Assembly (NCBI GenBank): GCA_002269645.1
Contig: NIVC01000038.1
Location: 124,001 to 188,000, forward strand
From: Macrostomum lignano
Lineage: Eukaryota
Direction: 5' to 3'
DNA: 64,000 bases
Within the stretch, counting starts at the first letter, position 1. Each line of letters opens with the position of its first letter. Shown piece after piece: positions 63,136-64,000 of the stretch. The notes beneath the pieces are model-generated. The model was not told the DNA's origin, did no database searches, and saw only the letters and a list, made by a program, of their open reading frames with translations. The position numbers and the translations under genes were made by a program.

Positions 63136-63759
63136 CGCTGAGCTGCTGAAGGTCAGCTGCCAAGTGTGGTGTTGCTGCGGCATGATTGTTTTATGATTGC
63201 AACCAGTTAACTTTTCACCGTTTCATTTCCTGTGGCTTCATGCTTTTTTCAAATAATGCTTTTTTGATCTAACACTAACAATTACTACGGTATCTAGAAA
63301 AACTTTTGTTTAACTTCATTCCCAGCCAGTTTACGTTACTGATATTGTACATGTAGCTCGTAGTGGCCTCTTGTGGCCTCAATAGATTATCTGCGATCCA
63401 ATTAAAATAATTTAATCGCACTGTTTATTTACCTGGTAATAAATCTTTGCACAATGTTCATTTTGAATTTGTTAAATTTCTTTTGTTAATTTGCGTCATT
63501 TCATCACTGTCTTGGGGACGCTGTTTTGGGAGCGCCATCGTTGGGCGCCAAAGTACGATCATAGTTGGTGGGGGAACTGCTAAACTTGGGAACCTGCTGC
63601 GAAAAAGACGCAAAATCTGCAGTGAATTGGGCACCATAGCTAGATCCGGCAGGTTATGGGGATTCAGTCTTCAAAGCACTCACTGGCTACTGGCTAGCCA
63701 ATAAATGGTTGGTGTGCTTTATTCTTTCAACAATAACAAATAATAATTCTTGCGGGCCC

Positions 63760-64000
63760 TGTTGCGGCGCAGTGACGCAGATTGTAGCTCTATTCCGTCA
63801 TCGAGGAGTCGCGGATACGACAGTCCATCCTGATAGTTACCTCCATAGATTTCAAGAAGGCATTCGACTCGGTCGTCTGATCCCAAAGGTGCGAGAGCAG
63901 CTTGGCACCGCCCTCGTGGCAATGTACCCGGATAAAAAAGCTGCTGGTTCAACACCAAACGGCCTATCGGACTTTTTTGAGACATCCTCTGAAGTTGCCG
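63760..64000 (+). mobile_element. Second copy of the RTE-like RT remnant (near-identical to 5870-6118)
   Basis: Same IDFKKAFDSV / STPNGLSDFFETSS sequence and the same upstream flank. Confidence 0.75.

Overview
Eukaryotic (metazoan) genomic DNA with GC-rich exons, short AT-rich GT-AG introns and abundant micro/minisatellites. The style is reminiscent of a flatworm such as Macrostomum, but that is an inference only. The window holds a head-to-tail tandem array of four paralogous, + strand, type-I membrane protein genes: copy A <1-4924, B 17560-29633, C 35918-43618, D 50006-62742. Architecture: signal peptide, short propeptide with furin site, 10-13 EGF repeats, LamG, EGF, LamG, EGF, truncated EGF, TM, ~130-aa tail. 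The ectodomain is clearly Crumbs-derived, but the Crumbs tail (GTY...ERLI) is replaced by a Tyr-motif tail with an ITIM (SAYDVI) and an ITIM-like motif (APYDVI). My exon models for B (1312 aa) and C (1188 aa) are frame-intact; A and D are frameshifted. The paralogs differ in EGF number, use two unrelated signal-peptide exons and are mosaics of one another. In every copy the exon-intron junction upstream of the TM exon has expanded into a 22-bp minisatellite, each unit carrying a consensus 5' splice site. Transposon content: a full-length but decayed Ingi-like LINE (13-bp TSD, candidate HDV-like ribozyme, 2A peptide, 3 PHD-like fingers, APE, RT, RNase H) nested in an RTE-like remnant; two related ~2.1-kb solo-LTR-like elements with 4-bp TSDs; and DIRS/Ngaro, Crypton-like, BEL/Pao and RTE-like fragments. 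Exon coordinates were derived by eye from splice consensus and paralog comparison, without RNA evidence.
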